Program-made: the position numbers and the translations under genes | Notes under the pieces: model-generated | What the model was told of the DNA's origin: nothing | Seen by the model: the letters and a program-made list of their open reading frames with translations, nothing else | Database searches by the model: none | In this document: one piece after another, positions 1-12,399 of the stretch | How positions within the stretch are numbered: position 1 is the stretch's first letter | Layout of the letters: every line of letters begins with the position of its first letter | Source of the DNA: Felis catus | Taxonomy: Eukaryota | NCBI RefSeq assembly: GCF_018350175.1 | Contig: NC_058382.1 | Location: forward strand, 60,328,001 to 60,392,000 | Direction of reading: 5' to 3' | Length of the DNA: 64,000 bases

Positions 1-2024
1 CCCCTGCACCTGCCTCTGTTGGGCACCACGCTTGGGCATGCAGGTAAGGCTCCGTCCCTGCCCAACAGGCCCAACCTGAGGGAGCCCCGGCCATGACCAC
101 CATCATGTCATTCTCATTTGCCTTGTGGACATACCCGTGAGTCCTGGAACCTCAGGTCACAGGATTTGGGGACGGTCCCTCTTTGGCCACAGGAAGACTG
201 AGGTCCAGAGTGGAGGCGCCTTGGTCACTGCAGCTGGCCCTAGCCCTGCCCCTGTGGCCACGGCCCCCCCCCCTTGGCGCTGGCATTTGGGGTTCCCGAG
301 CCCCTTTCGGCGGGGGGAGGAGTCACGGCTTTGGGAACCGGCACAGGGGACGGGGCTCCCGCCAACCCCTTCTTTCGTGTTTGAGTGTCATCAGCAGGGC
401 CACGGAGAGAATATTTCGGAAACAAACAACTGCCTTTTCTGACAGATGAGGGATGGAAAATGAGTCATAGAGAACAGCATTCCACATGCGCCGTCCCAGG
501 AGGCGTTAGGGGGTCGGGTTTCCGTGTGGTGTCCAAGAATGCTGCGGATCGTTGCGGGAGGGTGACGCCGTCCATGTGGGGGGCTGGCCGCCGTGCCTGG
601 GGCCCACAAGCACCCGTGGGGACCCTTGGCACAGCCATCGGCACGGCATCGGCACCCAGCCCCTGGCGGCTCTCTCGGCCGCACGGACGCCTGCACGCCG
701 GGCCCGGCCTGACAAAGCCTCGCTGGGGCTGGTGCCGGGTCCCGCTGAGTCCGGTTGCCCGAGGGGCCATTAGTAGGACGAACTTCCGTGCACCTCCTGC
801 AGGCGGCCACCAGGGGTGCGCGTAGGGGGTGGCGATGGGAAGGCACCGCCTCAGTGATGAGGTAAGACCTCCGCACCGAACCCTGCGGCTTGTGCCTTAC
901 GAAGCGGCCGGCCGGAGGGAGGGATGGCGGGATCCTCTCCAATACCGGTGCCCGGGACCGTCACTCCAGGAACGTTCTCCCATGGGGGATCTGCACAAAA
1001 CCCCTTTGACGTGGGCACTGTTATCCCATTCCGCGGACAAGAAGACTAAGGCCTCGGGTTGCCTCTTCAGTCTGGGCACCCGAGGCCCCGGAGTCCTGCC
1101 TCCCAGCCCATAGCCCTTCCCACGCCCTCAGAGCCACTGGCTCTACTCCCAGCAGGTGTGGCCATCCCCCGTGCGAGCTGTCATCACCCCCCTCTGCCGC
1201 CGCCCTTTGGCGACTCGGCCGCGAGCCTCAGTGGAAGGAGCCAGGCGGGGCCTGGGTCACACAGCCGGCCGCACTGTGGCCTTCAGGGCAAAACGGGCGT
1301 CCTCACGTCCACCTGGGATGTGACTTCATTGCCCAGTCGTGGGGACCAGTGGGTGCAGCCGGCTCAGAGAGGGTTCTCAATTTGCTGGTCATGGAAGAGG
1401 GGTTGCCTGGTGACTCAGGGCGACAGCTAAGAACCTGGGGCATTTCCTTCCGGTCGGACGGACCCAGGGATGGAAACGTGCCGGGAACGGGCATTTCTGC
1501 ACGACCCTCTCAGCTGCATGGGCCCACCTTCCGGGAGGAAGAAGCTTCTGTTCGTCCAACACTGTGGGCCCGGGAGCGGGGGGAGGAGCTGAGTGGGAGG
1601 ATGTGTGACCGTGCAAGGTCAGCGTGACTCTGGAGACGGGCGAGTGTGTGAAGGGAAGGCAGGCAGGACGTTTGCAAAGCTTTGCTCCGCGTCTCAAACT
1701 TCTCCCCCCCTTCCTGGGAGAATGAAGACTTGAGACGCCGTCAGGTACGGGTGAAGTAGGACTGGGTCCCTTGGACGTCCCAGGGCGCCCTGCTCTCTCC
1801 CACATGCACACGCACTCATCTGCCGGGTCGTGAAAGGCCGTCGAGACGTAGCGGGTTTCTGAAGAGCCTGTCGGGTTACTTGGCTCAGCCTCGTCCAGGC
1901 GCGGAGCCCCTGGGCGTGTCGTGAAGGGTGCTGCGGCACCCCGCGTGTGCTTGGGGTTCCCCATTCCCGACCCACTTCTCTGGGTGGGATTCCGGGTCAA
2001 GGCGTTTAAATACCCGCCGACCCA

Positions 2025-2082
2025 GGAGCGCCTGGGCGGCTCAGTGGGTTGGGCGTCCGACTTTGGCTCAGGTCACGATCTC
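2025..2082 (+). mobile_element. Can-SINE 5' head only (3'-truncated)
   Basis: ggagcgcctgggcggctcagtgggttgggcgtccgactttggctcaggtcacgatctc matches the tRNA-derived head of feliform SINEC; no CT tract or A tail follows. Confidence 0.8.
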
Positions 2083-2489
2083 AGGATAGCTCCTCCCCGC
2101 TCGTGGCCTCGCCCGCTCTGGATGTCACCCTGCTTCTTGGCTCCCCTCACCCCATGTCATGAGTGTCCCTCTTCAGCCAGCCCCCACCAGGGTCTGCGTT
2201 CCGTGGCCCGTGGTCCCGCCGTGGCCTCCACACAGCAGGCAAGGGGCCGGAGCCGCCTCAGCATAACCAGGGGAGGGGCCCACGGTCCTAGGAAGCGGAA
2301 CCCAGCCACCGGCTCCCTCCCGTGGCACCTGTGTGCCCTTGGAACCCTGACTGGTCATCTGCAGCGGCCTCCTGGGACCGCCTGGGTGGCGTCTCCCTCC
2401 AGGAGCGCGGCCGCGCTGCCCGTGGCGGTGGGGTCTCCGAGCCCCCCCTCGTTCCTCTTTGTCTCAGAGCACAGACCCCCCACACATGC

Positions 2490-2750
2490 TGTGTTCTCGC
2501 CACTTCTGGAGGCCACCACGGGAGTCCTTCCAGCTCCTGTCACGGCCCGCGGTCCTCGGACGCCATGGCCATGGCCAGTGTCTGCACCCATCCTCCCGCG
2601 GCCTCGCCCCTGTGTGTCCCCTGTTGTGAGGACACCAGTCTTTGGATGAGGCCGCCCCGCCTCAATGCCCTCCCCCTAATTCCATTTCATCCGCAAAGAC
2701 CTCATTTGTAAGGAGGGGCACGCCCACAGGCCCTGGGTGGACGTGAACCC
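2490..2750 (-). mobile_element. MLT1 (ERVL-MaLR) LTR fragment
   Basis: gaggacaccagtctttggatgagg...catccgcaaagacctcattt resembles the MLT1A-C antisense consensus. Confidence 0.55.
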
Positions 2751-3415
2751 TAGAGACACGAAGAATGATCCGCCCGGGTGCCAAGGCCTGAGGCCCCTGG
2801 GCAAGCTCGGCCCAGGTGAGGCCGGAGCCGGGGACTCTGGCCCCGAGCCCGAGACCTCTGCGGCCTGCCGGCGTGGCGGCCTAGGTGCAGGGACACGGAC
2901 GTGCTTCCGCCCGCCTCCACGCTCGCTTGGGCGGGGGCGCGTCCAGCAGTGGGAGTGAAGCTTTTGCTGGCCATCAGCCTCCCGGCCTCTCCGGGGCCTC
3001 TGGGCCTCCCCGGTCGGTCTGTGGCTGCACTCAGCTCCGTCCTGGCAAAGTCATCAGCTCGGGCTGGGCCGCCACCGCTAACGATGATGCCTGGTAGCGG
3101 CCAGTCGCTCCACAAAGCGCTCCCGCAGCCCTGTCTGCGCGGCTCTCAGCCCCTCCCTGTGTCCCTCGCTGCCTCCGCAGCCCGGGCCTCAACCCCAGCC
3201 CCGGCTCACGTGGACGATCATCGGGGCCCCCGGGTGGGGGCTGGAGGCAGCTGCGACTTCTAGGGAAACCCTGGAGGACCGAGTGCCCGGCGGAGCCGCA
3301 AAGCCCGATCCCAGGGGCGCTTGCTGTCCCCTCGGGGTTGCAGACGGCGTCATTCCACCTGCGGGAGATGACACGTCGGAGCCGCTCCTGGAAGAGCCAT
3401 GACTGTTTTTCCGTA

Positions 3416-3615
3416 TTTTTTTTAATGTTTATTTTTGAGAGAGAGACAGAGCGTGAGCAGGGGAGGGGCAGACAGAGAGGAAGACGCAGAATCCGAGGCA
3501 GGCTCCAGGCTCCGGGCTGTCGCCACAGAGCCCGACGCGGGGCTCGAACCCGAACTTCGAGGTCGGGACCCGAGCCCAAGTCGGACGCTTCACCGACTGA
3601 GACCCCCAGGCGCCC
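3416..3615 (-). mobile_element. Can-SINE (SINEC_Fc-like)
   Basis: poly-T, tttatttttgagagagagacagag...ggctccaggctccgggctgtc...ggggctcgaacc...ccaggcgccc; degenerate target duplication tggaagagccat / tggaaaagccac. Confidence 0.95.
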
Positions 3616-3734
3616 TGGAAAAGCCACAACGTTCAGTGTTGCATGCGACGTGGCTTTGGTTTCAGGTCGGTGGCGGGGCTGGGTCGGTCTGCCTGTCAGC
3701 TCCACGTGCAGGAGAGGAAGGTGGGCAGCGGTCA

Positions 3735-4025
3735 AGTGCAGGTTGGGTCCGCCGCCCGTAACAGCCGCCCCCAAAACTTAGCACTCGTGACAGCCTGTGT
3801 TCTCGCATCCCCCGACCAACCGCGTGGGTCAGTATGGACCGGTGGTTCTTCAGGTGGTGTTGATGAAGGTCACTCTGAGGGGGTCAGGGGCAGACGGGCT
3901 GGCCTAGAGGCTCCGAGACGGCTTCACTGCCAGGACAGGCACCAATTGGGGCCGTGGCTGCACTGTCCACGGGGGCCCCAGCACGGGGGTCTCGAGTGGT
4001 CAGAGCTCTAACTCTTACAGGAAGA
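3735..4025 (-). mobile_element. old MLT1-type LTR fragment
   Basis: gtaacagccgcccccaaaacttagc...ggctggcctagaggctccgagacggcttcact resembles older MLT1 LTRs. Confidence 0.45.
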
Positions 4026-5127
4026 ACAGGCTGTAAAGCAAAAGCGTGTGTCTGGATGCTAGGGGTTACGATCCGGGAGACGCAGCGTGGACCCAAATGG
4101 AAAGCGTGTTCTGAATTGCAAGCGGAGAGAGCAGGCTCGTAAAGGCGGCACCCATGAGGCTCCGTGGCTTGTTTCCAGGGGGTTGGATCGCAGCTCCCGG
4201 CGTCAGCATCAGTCACCATCTGACAGTCGCTCGGCTGCTCAGCTGAGCCCCGGCAGGGGATGGAGGGACGTGTTCCGGAAGGTGGTCGGGGCCCTGCCTC
4301 CTCAGGACCCTCCTGACCCCCTCTTAGCAACGCCTTCTTCTCTCGGCAGGGCTCTCGGGCTCCCACAGCGAGCCTCCCAGGGGCCCTTCCCGTGGTCCCT
4401 CCTGGTTCCACCTTCCCACACCCCACAGGTCAGGCACGCGACTCGGAGGGGGTCAGATAGATGGCAGGAGGGTTTGCGTGGATCCGCACCCGCCCGTGGG
4501 GCCTGGAGAAGACCCGCCTGGATGACGAGTCGAGAGGACTCCTCCACTTGTGAAAAGACACATGGGGCTCGCTCGGGAAGGGCCGGGAGTCGTGACCCTG
4601 GCGTTGGAGCCACGAGCTTGAGGTCCCGCGGGCACCCTTCCTGCTCACGAATCTCGGGTGCTCCTTAAGCTTTGGGGATGGGAGACTGTGGGCATTTGGA
4701 GCTGGACAGGCCCCCGGGGAGGGTGAGGCCAGCCCACTTGCCGAGCACATGAGAAACTGAGGCCCGAAGGGAGGAGCTTCTGACTCAGGGCCCCAGCTGG
4801 TGGGGGGCCTTGTAGGAAGAGCCCCCGGAACAGAATCTGCCGCCGGGGCCTGGGGGAGAGCTGGCTAAGGGGCTTGTCTACATGCCTCTGCCGAGAAGCC
4901 ATGGGGAGAGGGAGGGAGAGGGGGCCGGGACCTTCCAGAGGGACCAGGGCCTGGGGGAGGGGGAGGGGGAGGGGAGGTGGGACCCTCCAGAGGCACCAGG
5001 GCCTGGGGGGGGTGGGGGCTGGGGACCACACCTGGGGACCAGGCCAGGGACCACAGCTGCAGGGCTGCTGGCCTCCACCGAAGACCCCCTCCCCCCTGGC
5101 CTGACTGCCCAGTCCCTTCCTCCACCC

Positions 5128-5325
5128 TAAAGGTTGCAAACTTTTCCTGTAAAAGGCCAAAGAGTGATAAATCTTTCAGGCTTTGCGGGCCACATATGGC
5201 CTCTGTCACTTTTTTTTTTTTTTTTTTTACAATCCTTTAAAAATGTGAAAACCGCTCCTAGCTCAGAGGCCTTACAAAACAGGCTCCGGGCTGTTCCGTG
5301 TAGATGTCTGCACGCCGGCCCCCTA
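5128..5325 (-). mobile_element. MER58-family hAT-Charlie DNA transposon
   Basis: ggttgcaaacttttcctgtaaaaggccaaagagt...caggctttgcgggccacatatgg...ctttaaaaatgtgaaaacc, ending in TIR-like gccggcccccta. Confidence 0.8.
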
Positions 5326-5835
5326 GCGCTCACTGCCCGCCGGGCACAACGGCCCCCCGAGCGCTCACTGCCGGCTGGGGCCGGTGCGGAGCCCACACCC
5401 CTGACCTCCCGCCTGAAGGACGGCGACCCGCTCTCAGTGCTCACAGCCGTCAGCGACCCCACGCCGAAGTGGCCCTCCCAGCGCCCAGCGCCCCACCCCA
5501 CCCCCCCCACCCGCCCCGGGCAGGGACCCAGGCCTGGTGGCCAGAGGCCAGAGTCACCGGTTAAAATGAGCCCTTTCCCGCCTCAAATTCGACCCCGGGA
5601 GGTGACAAGGACCTGGGACTTTCCTTCCCCGAGAGCGGGATGGCCGCCCCCAGCCCCACGCGAAGTCTGCGGGGCCGAGAGGGGGCCGGCGCGAGGCGGC
5701 GTCTCGGCCGCGCTCTGCACACTAGCGCGGATACACCGGCTGCCCCCGCCACCCACCCAGGAAGCGTGTTCTCTCAGCAGGCGTCAGGGGGGCCCCGTGC
5801 CGGGCAGTGGCGTGACACAGGTCACGTGCCTGAGA

Positions 5836-5840
<5 letters not shown>

Positions 5841-5884
<44 letters not shown>
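5841..5884 (+). repeat. (TG)22 microsatellite
   Basis: perfect dinucleotide run. Confidence 0.98.
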
Positions 5885-5885
<1 letters not shown>

Positions 5886-6189
5886 ACGCGCGCAGCAATG
5901 GGAGCCTGCAGGCGGCCCGGGCCAGGAAGGCTTCCTGGAAGAAGGGGTGAGGGGACAAGGACCGGCAAATAGAGCCCCAGTTCGTTGCTCCTTCTCGGTT
6001 CCAGGCGGGCACGGGGGCTCCAGGTAACCCCTGCGAGCATTCCACTTCTAGCGCCTGTCTGCAGAACATTCTAGGCCTCTGCTGCCCACCTCGGGGCCCC
6101 TGAGGCCTAAGAAGGGACAGCGACTCACCTGGGCCACCGGGAAGGTCACGGCAGAGCCGGGGCTGGGATTCCGGGTTCCAGGCAAGGGG

Positions 6190-7640
6190 CTGCTGGTGCC
6201 TCGCGGAGCCCGCCCTGCCCCGGGTCTGAGGGCCAGTTCCAGGGCCCCTCAGCCAGGGCGCTGGGGAGACTCGGACATGCCTGTCCCCATCCTGGTCACA
6301 CCTGGGCCGGCCCTCGCCCCCCCCACCGTCCCCAGCAGCGGGACCCTGGGGAAGCCACAGCGAGAGACCCAGTCGGCCAGAGAATCGCATTTCCTTCCTG
6401 CTGCCGCACACAAGGAAGCGCGGGGGACCCGAAGCCTGGGAGGCCGTGTGCTTACGGGGGAGCCGCGTTTTTCCCAACACGCTTGGCGGGGGCGCAGGGG
6501 GGCTGCTCCGCTGACTCGTTTGGCGGGGGTGGGCGCTACCCTGGGCCCCTTCCGCTTCCTCAAACCGAGCCGCGCTCGGGGCTCTGGCGTAAGCGGCTCC
6601 CGTTCGCACAAACTCACGCCCCCGGCCCGGTATTCCAGCGTGTTCTCTGCTCCTGTGGACGGACGCCGCACAGCCGGAACGGGGGGATTTGGGGCCGAAA
6701 CGGTGGCAGGCCGGCGGGCGGCACGTCTGGGAACGGACTCTGCCCTGTGCCGGGGCGGGGGAGCCACACGGCCAACACAGGGGTGCGAGAGGCCGGCCCG
6801 CATCGGCACAGGGGCGTGAGAGCCGACGGGGAGTGGGGGGGACTCGCGGACCAAGGACGTGGCAGTGCCGGGGGCAGGGGGCTGCTGGCAGCCGAGGGCA
6901 GGAGTGGCGTCGGGCCGGCCCAGTGTTGACACGTGGACGTGGAGACACGAGGGACGGCCTGCTGGAGGGGCGAGACGGGCGGGGAGGGGGCTGTGGAGGA
7001 CAGAGGACAGGGGGCCTCGGGCCGTGGCCGGTGCTGCCCTCAGAGAGCCCCCACACCGAGATGAGACCGGGCCCGGGAGAGAGGGAGGACAGGGAGGAGG
7101 GGGCCGCCGGGGGCCGCGAGGGCGGGCCCCCAACCGGGACCCCTCGTTGCACCACCCTGCGTGCGAGAAGCTGCCGGGTGCGGCCGGCCCTGCCCGCCTC
7201 CGTCCACGCAGTTACGGGGCGACACGTGCTGGGCGGGGCCCTGGCAGGCCCCTCCCCCCGTACCCAGGCAGGCAGAGGGACGGGCGGGGCCGCAGCCCGA
7301 GCCCCCAGCCCCCGACAAGCCCCGCGGGCGGCCGCCCCGGGTCCCCGCTGCCCAGGGGCGGGTCAGGTGGCCGGGCCGTGGGCACGCGGAGCCAGCCAGC
7401 GCTGTCCGCTTCCTGTGGGCTCAGGCCCGACGCGGGAGAGCAGCTCCTCCCGGGGAAGGAAGGCCTCGGTCCCCGGCTTCCACGGTGGGCTCCGTGCCCT
7501 GGGGAGGCGCTGACCCGCGAGACGAGAGCGGCGTTTCCACAGGACGCGCACCGCGGGTAGGCTCTGCCTCTTGCCGCTGTGTGCCCTCAGGCGTTGCCAC
7601 GCCCTCTCTGGGCCCCCGTGATCACGGTGCGCGAGGAACG
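6190..7640. other. CpG-dense tract (island-like, no associated exon recognised)
   Basis: visibly high GC and CpG density. Confidence 0.5.
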
Positions 7641-8020
7641 TGGGGACAGCTCTCCACAGGCCGTGATGGATCCTGGATGCAGCCAGACGTTCTCCCCAAA
7701 GCACGTGGGCTCCGGGGAGGGGCTCCCTCCCAAACCGGCTCTCCTTGGGCCCACACCTCAGCCCCAGGACCTGGGATTTCCTGGAACAGTCCACACTTTG
7801 CACCGGACGTTCCAGAGGGGACAGCCGTGTCCGTCAGAACTGGCCCGGGGTCCCCGGCAAGGTTCTGGAAGAGCCCATCTCCCTCATCATCTGTCCTGCA
7901 GGTGGGCTGTGGGGTGACACGAGCGCACGGTGGCTCAGGGCGAGCTGGCCAGCGGGCGCTCCCCAGTCCACGCACACACGGCACCTGCAGCTGAACTCCC
8001 TGGGGCCCCGGGACGGTCCC

Positions 8021-8051
<31 letters not shown>

Positions 8052-8067
8052 TGTGTGTGTGTGTGTG
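8021..8067 (+). repeat. interrupted (GT)n microsatellite
   Basis: GT run with one gcgc interruption. Confidence 0.97.
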
Positions 8068-8129
8068 ATACGCAGCCACCAGCCACAGGCCACCTCTGAG
8101 CGCTTGAAAGGTGCCTGGTGGGAGAGGAG

Positions 8130-8212
8130 AACAAAATGTGTAGTTTTATCTAATTTAGTAAATTAAATCCAAATGGCCACAGGTGCCTTGTGGCTCCTGT
8201 ATTGGATGGTGC
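8130..8212. mobile_element. MER3/MER33-like DNA transposon end
   Basis: aaatggccacaggtgccttgtggctcctgtattggatggtgc resembles aaatagccacatgtggctagtggctaccgtattggacagcgc. Confidence 0.55.
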
Positions 8213-8217
8213 CGTTT

Positions 8218-8370
8218 AGTGGTTGAGCTCGTGCACTCTGGGGACAGATCCCAGCTCTGCACTTTCGGGCTGTGTGGCCTTGAACAAGCCACTTCCCCAA
8301 CCTGAGCTAACCCTCCCAGCCTCAATACAGGGGAATAGCTGTACTGACATAAGGCAGTGGGCAAACTGTT
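8218..8370 (+). mobile_element. MIR fragment
   Basis: agtggttgagc...ctctggg...atcccagctctgcact...gctgtgtggccttgaacaagccactt. Confidence 0.7.
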
Positions 8371-8515
8371 TCTTAAAAGATAAATAAATTTAAATACATT
8401 TAATTTTAAAGAGGAGATAAAATAAAATTGCCCTTGTGAGAGCCTGGTATTCAGGAAGCAGTCTGCAGATTTTAAGTGCCCTCCTGTGCCCTCTGTCTTT
8501 ACCAGATTCCAGGCT

Positions 8516-8885
8516 GTATCAGTCAGCTGTGGCTGTGTAACAAGTAACCACAAAGTCTCAGTGACATACGGCAGTGATCATTTTTTTCTCGCTCGCTCAA
8601 CTTCAGGTCTGTTGAAACGCGTCCGACCTAGACTGTGCTCAGCTGAACGTGGCTCTGGGCTGTGGGTCACTTCCGGTGCGCCCATGGTCTTCGTGGCCCG
8701 GGGACTGCACGGGACTTGCTGCTGTCCCGGCCGAGGTCAGAAGCGCCCAGGGCCAGTGGATATACAGCTGCTTCTTAGAGTCCTGGGCTCAGAAGTCACG
8801 CATCATTTCACCCGCCCGCCTTTGAGCGGCCAAGGACAGCACCCTGTCCTAACCCGGAGGCTGGTGGGGGAAACAGTGCATCTTT
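8516..8885 (-). mobile_element. old MLT1 (I/J/K-like) LTR
   Basis: starts tgtatcagtcagctgtggctgtgtaacaagtaaccacaaagtctcagtgac; later ggctcagaagtcacgcatcatttcacc. Confidence 0.7.
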
Positions 8886-10326
8886 GCTGAAATCTAATCC
8901 CCCGGCCCGGCGAACGCTGCTGCGGTCACGGGCTCCACTCTTTCGTTCCAAGGTTGGTACTAGTTTGGGGGGCTGAGGAGCGAGGAGCCCTGAGCTGGGT
9001 GCATAGCAGTGACTAGGGCACGCGACTCCCCTGGTGGTCCCAAGCCCCCCGTAACGAGGGGCTGCCGGGACAGCAGTCCTAAGGCCCCTCCGGACGCACA
9101 TTTTGAAACTCAAGCTCAGTTCTCGGGCCCGCGGGGACCCCCGCACCGTCTGTTTTATGCAGATTCACAGAGAACCCCAGGGCTGCCATGCACCGAAGGG
9201 TCATTTTCCAGGAGCCTCGCTGGGACTTGGCTGGAGTTCCTCGCGTGCTGACCCAACTCCCAGGGCCTGGAAGGAAGGCGGATTCTGCGAGCGAGCTCTC
9301 CGGCGGCCGCTGCCGGCACGCCCACCCCCCGCCCCGCAGGCCTGGCGCGCCCCTCCTGATTGTGCCTCCGTCCACCAGCCCGGCCCACCTTCCCACGCCA
9401 CCGCGGCCTTGCTCTGCCCCTGATCCAGTGTCACCCGACATCCCGGCCACGCGGAAGGGACCCCCGGCCACGTGGAGGCAGATGGCACCCTCCCCCACCA
9501 GGGCTTTGGGGCGCGGCGGGGGCGTGAAAGGTGGGGTGTGGAAGGAGCCAGTGTGAGCGCTCTGCTCTGATTTCTGGCTAAAGTGCTGAACTTAGCAGCC
9601 GAGAGCATTAAAAAGGGATTTTTATTCCATTTCTACTCTTCCTTCGCCAGTGCCCAGCTGACGTCTCTGGGGACGGATTCTTGGCCCTGTCCCAGGAGCA
9701 CTTTTCCAGATGATGTCCCCACCCCGGGTGGGGCTCCGGGGTCAGCTGCCCTGTCTGCTGGCCTCCAGACCACAGGCTTCCGGCCCTGGCCGCTTGCCAG
9801 GACCTCCCCAGCCGGACCCGACCTGGGCCCTCCACAGTGTCACCTCACGGCCGGGATGAACCCCCGAGGCAGGGCCCAGGGTCTCTACTTTCCAGAAGAA
9901 CGAGGGCCGGGTCGCCCACCCTGACTCGCCGCTGGGGCTCCACGCCCCCCGTTCCTCCCCCTTCTTGACCTCCAGCCTGGGTTCACGCTCCCCCACGTCA
10001 AGGGCCCTCTGCAGAAGCCCAGGACATAGCAGCCGCCCCTGGGCTCTGAGGACCAGCAGGTTTGTCCCCCTGAAGAGCCTGGAAGGAAGGGCAGGGCAGC
10101 AGGTGGAGGGCCTCAGACGCCCCCTTGCGCTTCCCAGAGAGATCCGGCGACATCACAGCCGATCCCGAGGCCCGAGTGGACCCTCCGCACTCGCCTGCCG
10201 TGCGCGGTCACCGCTGGGGCAGCCTGGCCTGGTGAAGAGGCAACACGGATTTGGTGCCCTGGAGGGGAGCGGGTATCAGCAGCTCTGCTCCCCCAGGAGG
10301 GCTGCCGTTCCCCTGCCCTCACCAGC

Positions 10327-10763
10327 CGTAGGAGCGTCCCGGGGCCGCTGTACCAAAACAGCGCAGACTGGGGGCTTGAAACAACAGGAATCTCCTCCCT
10401 CCCAGCCTGGAGGCCCGAGTCTGAGATCCAGGTGGGGCAGGGCCGGGCTCCCTCCGGAGCTCCTGGGGAGGGTCCTTCCTGCCTCGTCCAGCTCCCGGGG
10501 GCCCCCCCGCGTCCCTTGGTTCGGGCCGTATCCCTCCAGTCTCTGCCGCGTCTTCACGTGGCCCGTCCTCTGTGTCTGCGTCCTGACCTCCTCCTCTTAC
10601 AAAGTCACCAGTGGTTGGATTCAGGGCCCACCCTCCTCCCGCATGGCCTCGTCTTAACCTGATCACCGCTGCAAAGGCCCTGTGTCCAGGTACGGCCACA
10701 GTCACAGGTGCCAGGGGTTAGGACGCGGACGCTCCTGTTGGGAGCACCACCCCACCCACCGTC
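10327..10763 (-). mobile_element. MLT1B/C-like solo LTR, near full length, GC-shifted
   Basis: gggggcttgaaacaacaggaat...ctggaggcc...tcttacaaagtcaccagtggttggattcagggcccaccct...ctgcaaaggccctgtgtccagg...ggggttaggac. Confidence 0.85.
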
Positions 10764-11994
10764 CGGCCGAGACTTAACTCTTGGCCTCACACTTGGCCCG
10801 GCTGTGGCCCACGAAGGTGGGGACCGGCAGCCTTGCCCTGGGACAGTGAGTGAGGAGCAAATCCTGTCCGAAAGGACCAGGTCAGAGGGGGGAGGGACAG
10901 CCCCGGGCTGATGGCACCTTTTGGGGTTCAAGACCTGGGACAGACGTGGGGGAGCCTTGTTAGCTGTCCTCCCTGACCTGGGACCCCAAGCCTCCAGGTG
11001 AGGAGCTGCCGAGGACCCCTTCCTCCCAGCAGACCCTCGGATCCATGGGGCAGGTGACACGGGACACCTCAGGGCATCACAGTGGGCACGTGTGTGCGTG
11101 TCCACGGGCCTTCAGCAGGGGGCGGGGTCTCCCAGAGTGGAGCCCAGGGTGTGAGCCCGCCTCGTCCTGCCTCCCAGCTGTGGGCCCCGGGCAGACCGTC
11201 AGCCCTGACCCCGGTTTCCATCACCTCACTTGGAAAGAGCTGAAGGCACCCAGATGCTGTGGGCCAGCGCGGCTCCGGCCAGAAGGCAGAGGAAGCTTCC
11301 AGCAAAATCTGGAAAAAGAAGCAGGGCAGCCACTCTTGCCAGCATCTCGATTCCAGATACGCAGCCAGGCAGCGGTGCACGCCCCCACTGCGCAGATCAG
11401 GAAACTGAGGCTGAGAGAGGCGGGGCCCGCGTTCTACAGAGAAACAGCCACGCAGGGGCCGGGCCCGCGAGCTTTTCGAAACGGCGGCACACGCGCTGGC
11501 CACACGGCTGCATGCACGCACACCCCTCCCCCCCATGCCCCAGGGAGACCCCCCCATCACAGAAGCCAGCCTCTCCACAGCAAACCCCGTCTTCCAGATG
11601 GTTCCCTCCCATCGCCCCCACCTTAGGGGCTGATGGTATAAACACAGAGCTGCCTTAGTTACTGAAGGAAAAATACTTTCCACATTTAAAGAGAACACAG
11701 CCAGCATCGGCCCCTCTAAGTCCGAGTGCACAACTATCGCGGCCCAGGGCGGCCTCCCTGCCAGCTCCCTGCCCCCTACCCGAGGGCGGCCCGGCCCTGC
11801 CCGCCTCCCCTAGATCTCCCCTGCCGCCCCCTCACCGGGCACCCCAGGGTCTGGGGGTAGAGCCAACGTGGCCTTGCCCCGGGGGCCGGGCAGCCCACCT
11901 CCACTCAGACCCCGGGCGAGCCGCTCACCAGCCGTCCTGGGCAGCTCGCCTGGCCCCTCCGAGCCTCAGTTTCCCTCTCTGTTGGATGGCCGCT

Positions 11995-12390
11995 CAGGGG
12001 CCTGTGGATGTGCGAGCTCTCGTGGCAGAGGGGCTTGAGTTGAGTGACGATGTTGAGGTGGCCCCGGAGGACCGGCTGGGCACGATGTCGTCACAGGGCC
12101 CTTATGGGGGAGGCAGGAAGGCCAGGGCCAGAGAGAAGGAGGGATGAGGCCGGAGGCGGAGTGACACGAGGCCACGAGCCAAGGATGTGGCGCCTGTAGG
12201 TGCTGGAGGAGGCCAAGGAGTGGCTCGGCCCGGAGCCTCCAGGCAGAACCCCTCCCACCCACGCCTGACTTCAGGCAAGCCCGTGAGACTGAGTTTGGAC
12301 TCCCGACTTCCAGAACCGTCGGAGAACCACGCGGGATGCTTTTATCTGCCCGCGTGGCGATCGGCCGTGGCTCCACGGGAAACCCCAGCA
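11995..12390 (+). mobile_element. MLT1D-like LTR
   Basis: gtcacagggcccttatgggggaggcaggaagg...gccacgagccaaggatgtggc...gagcctccaggcagaac...gacttccagaaccgt. Confidence 0.8.
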
Positions 12391-12399
12391 CCCCTGTCC

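Noticed and set aside
1..870. Strong splice donors CAG|GTAAGG (43/44) and GAG|GTAAGA (861/862), and CTCF-like ccaccaggggtgcg (807-820)
   Set aside because: No matching acceptors or recognisable coding frame; the CTCF match is out of register at its 3' end; all are expected by chance in 64 kb.
4927..5015. Short direct duplication gggacc(t/c)tccagagg(g/c)accagggcctggggg
   Set aside because: Only two copies in G-rich sequence; an ordinary local slippage duplication.
5722..7155. 477 aa minus-strand ORF and overlapping 200-290 aa ORFs
   Set aside because: Pro/Arg/Gly/Ala-rich, open in several frames on both strands, runs through a TG microsatellite, no domain; stop scarcity due to high GC.
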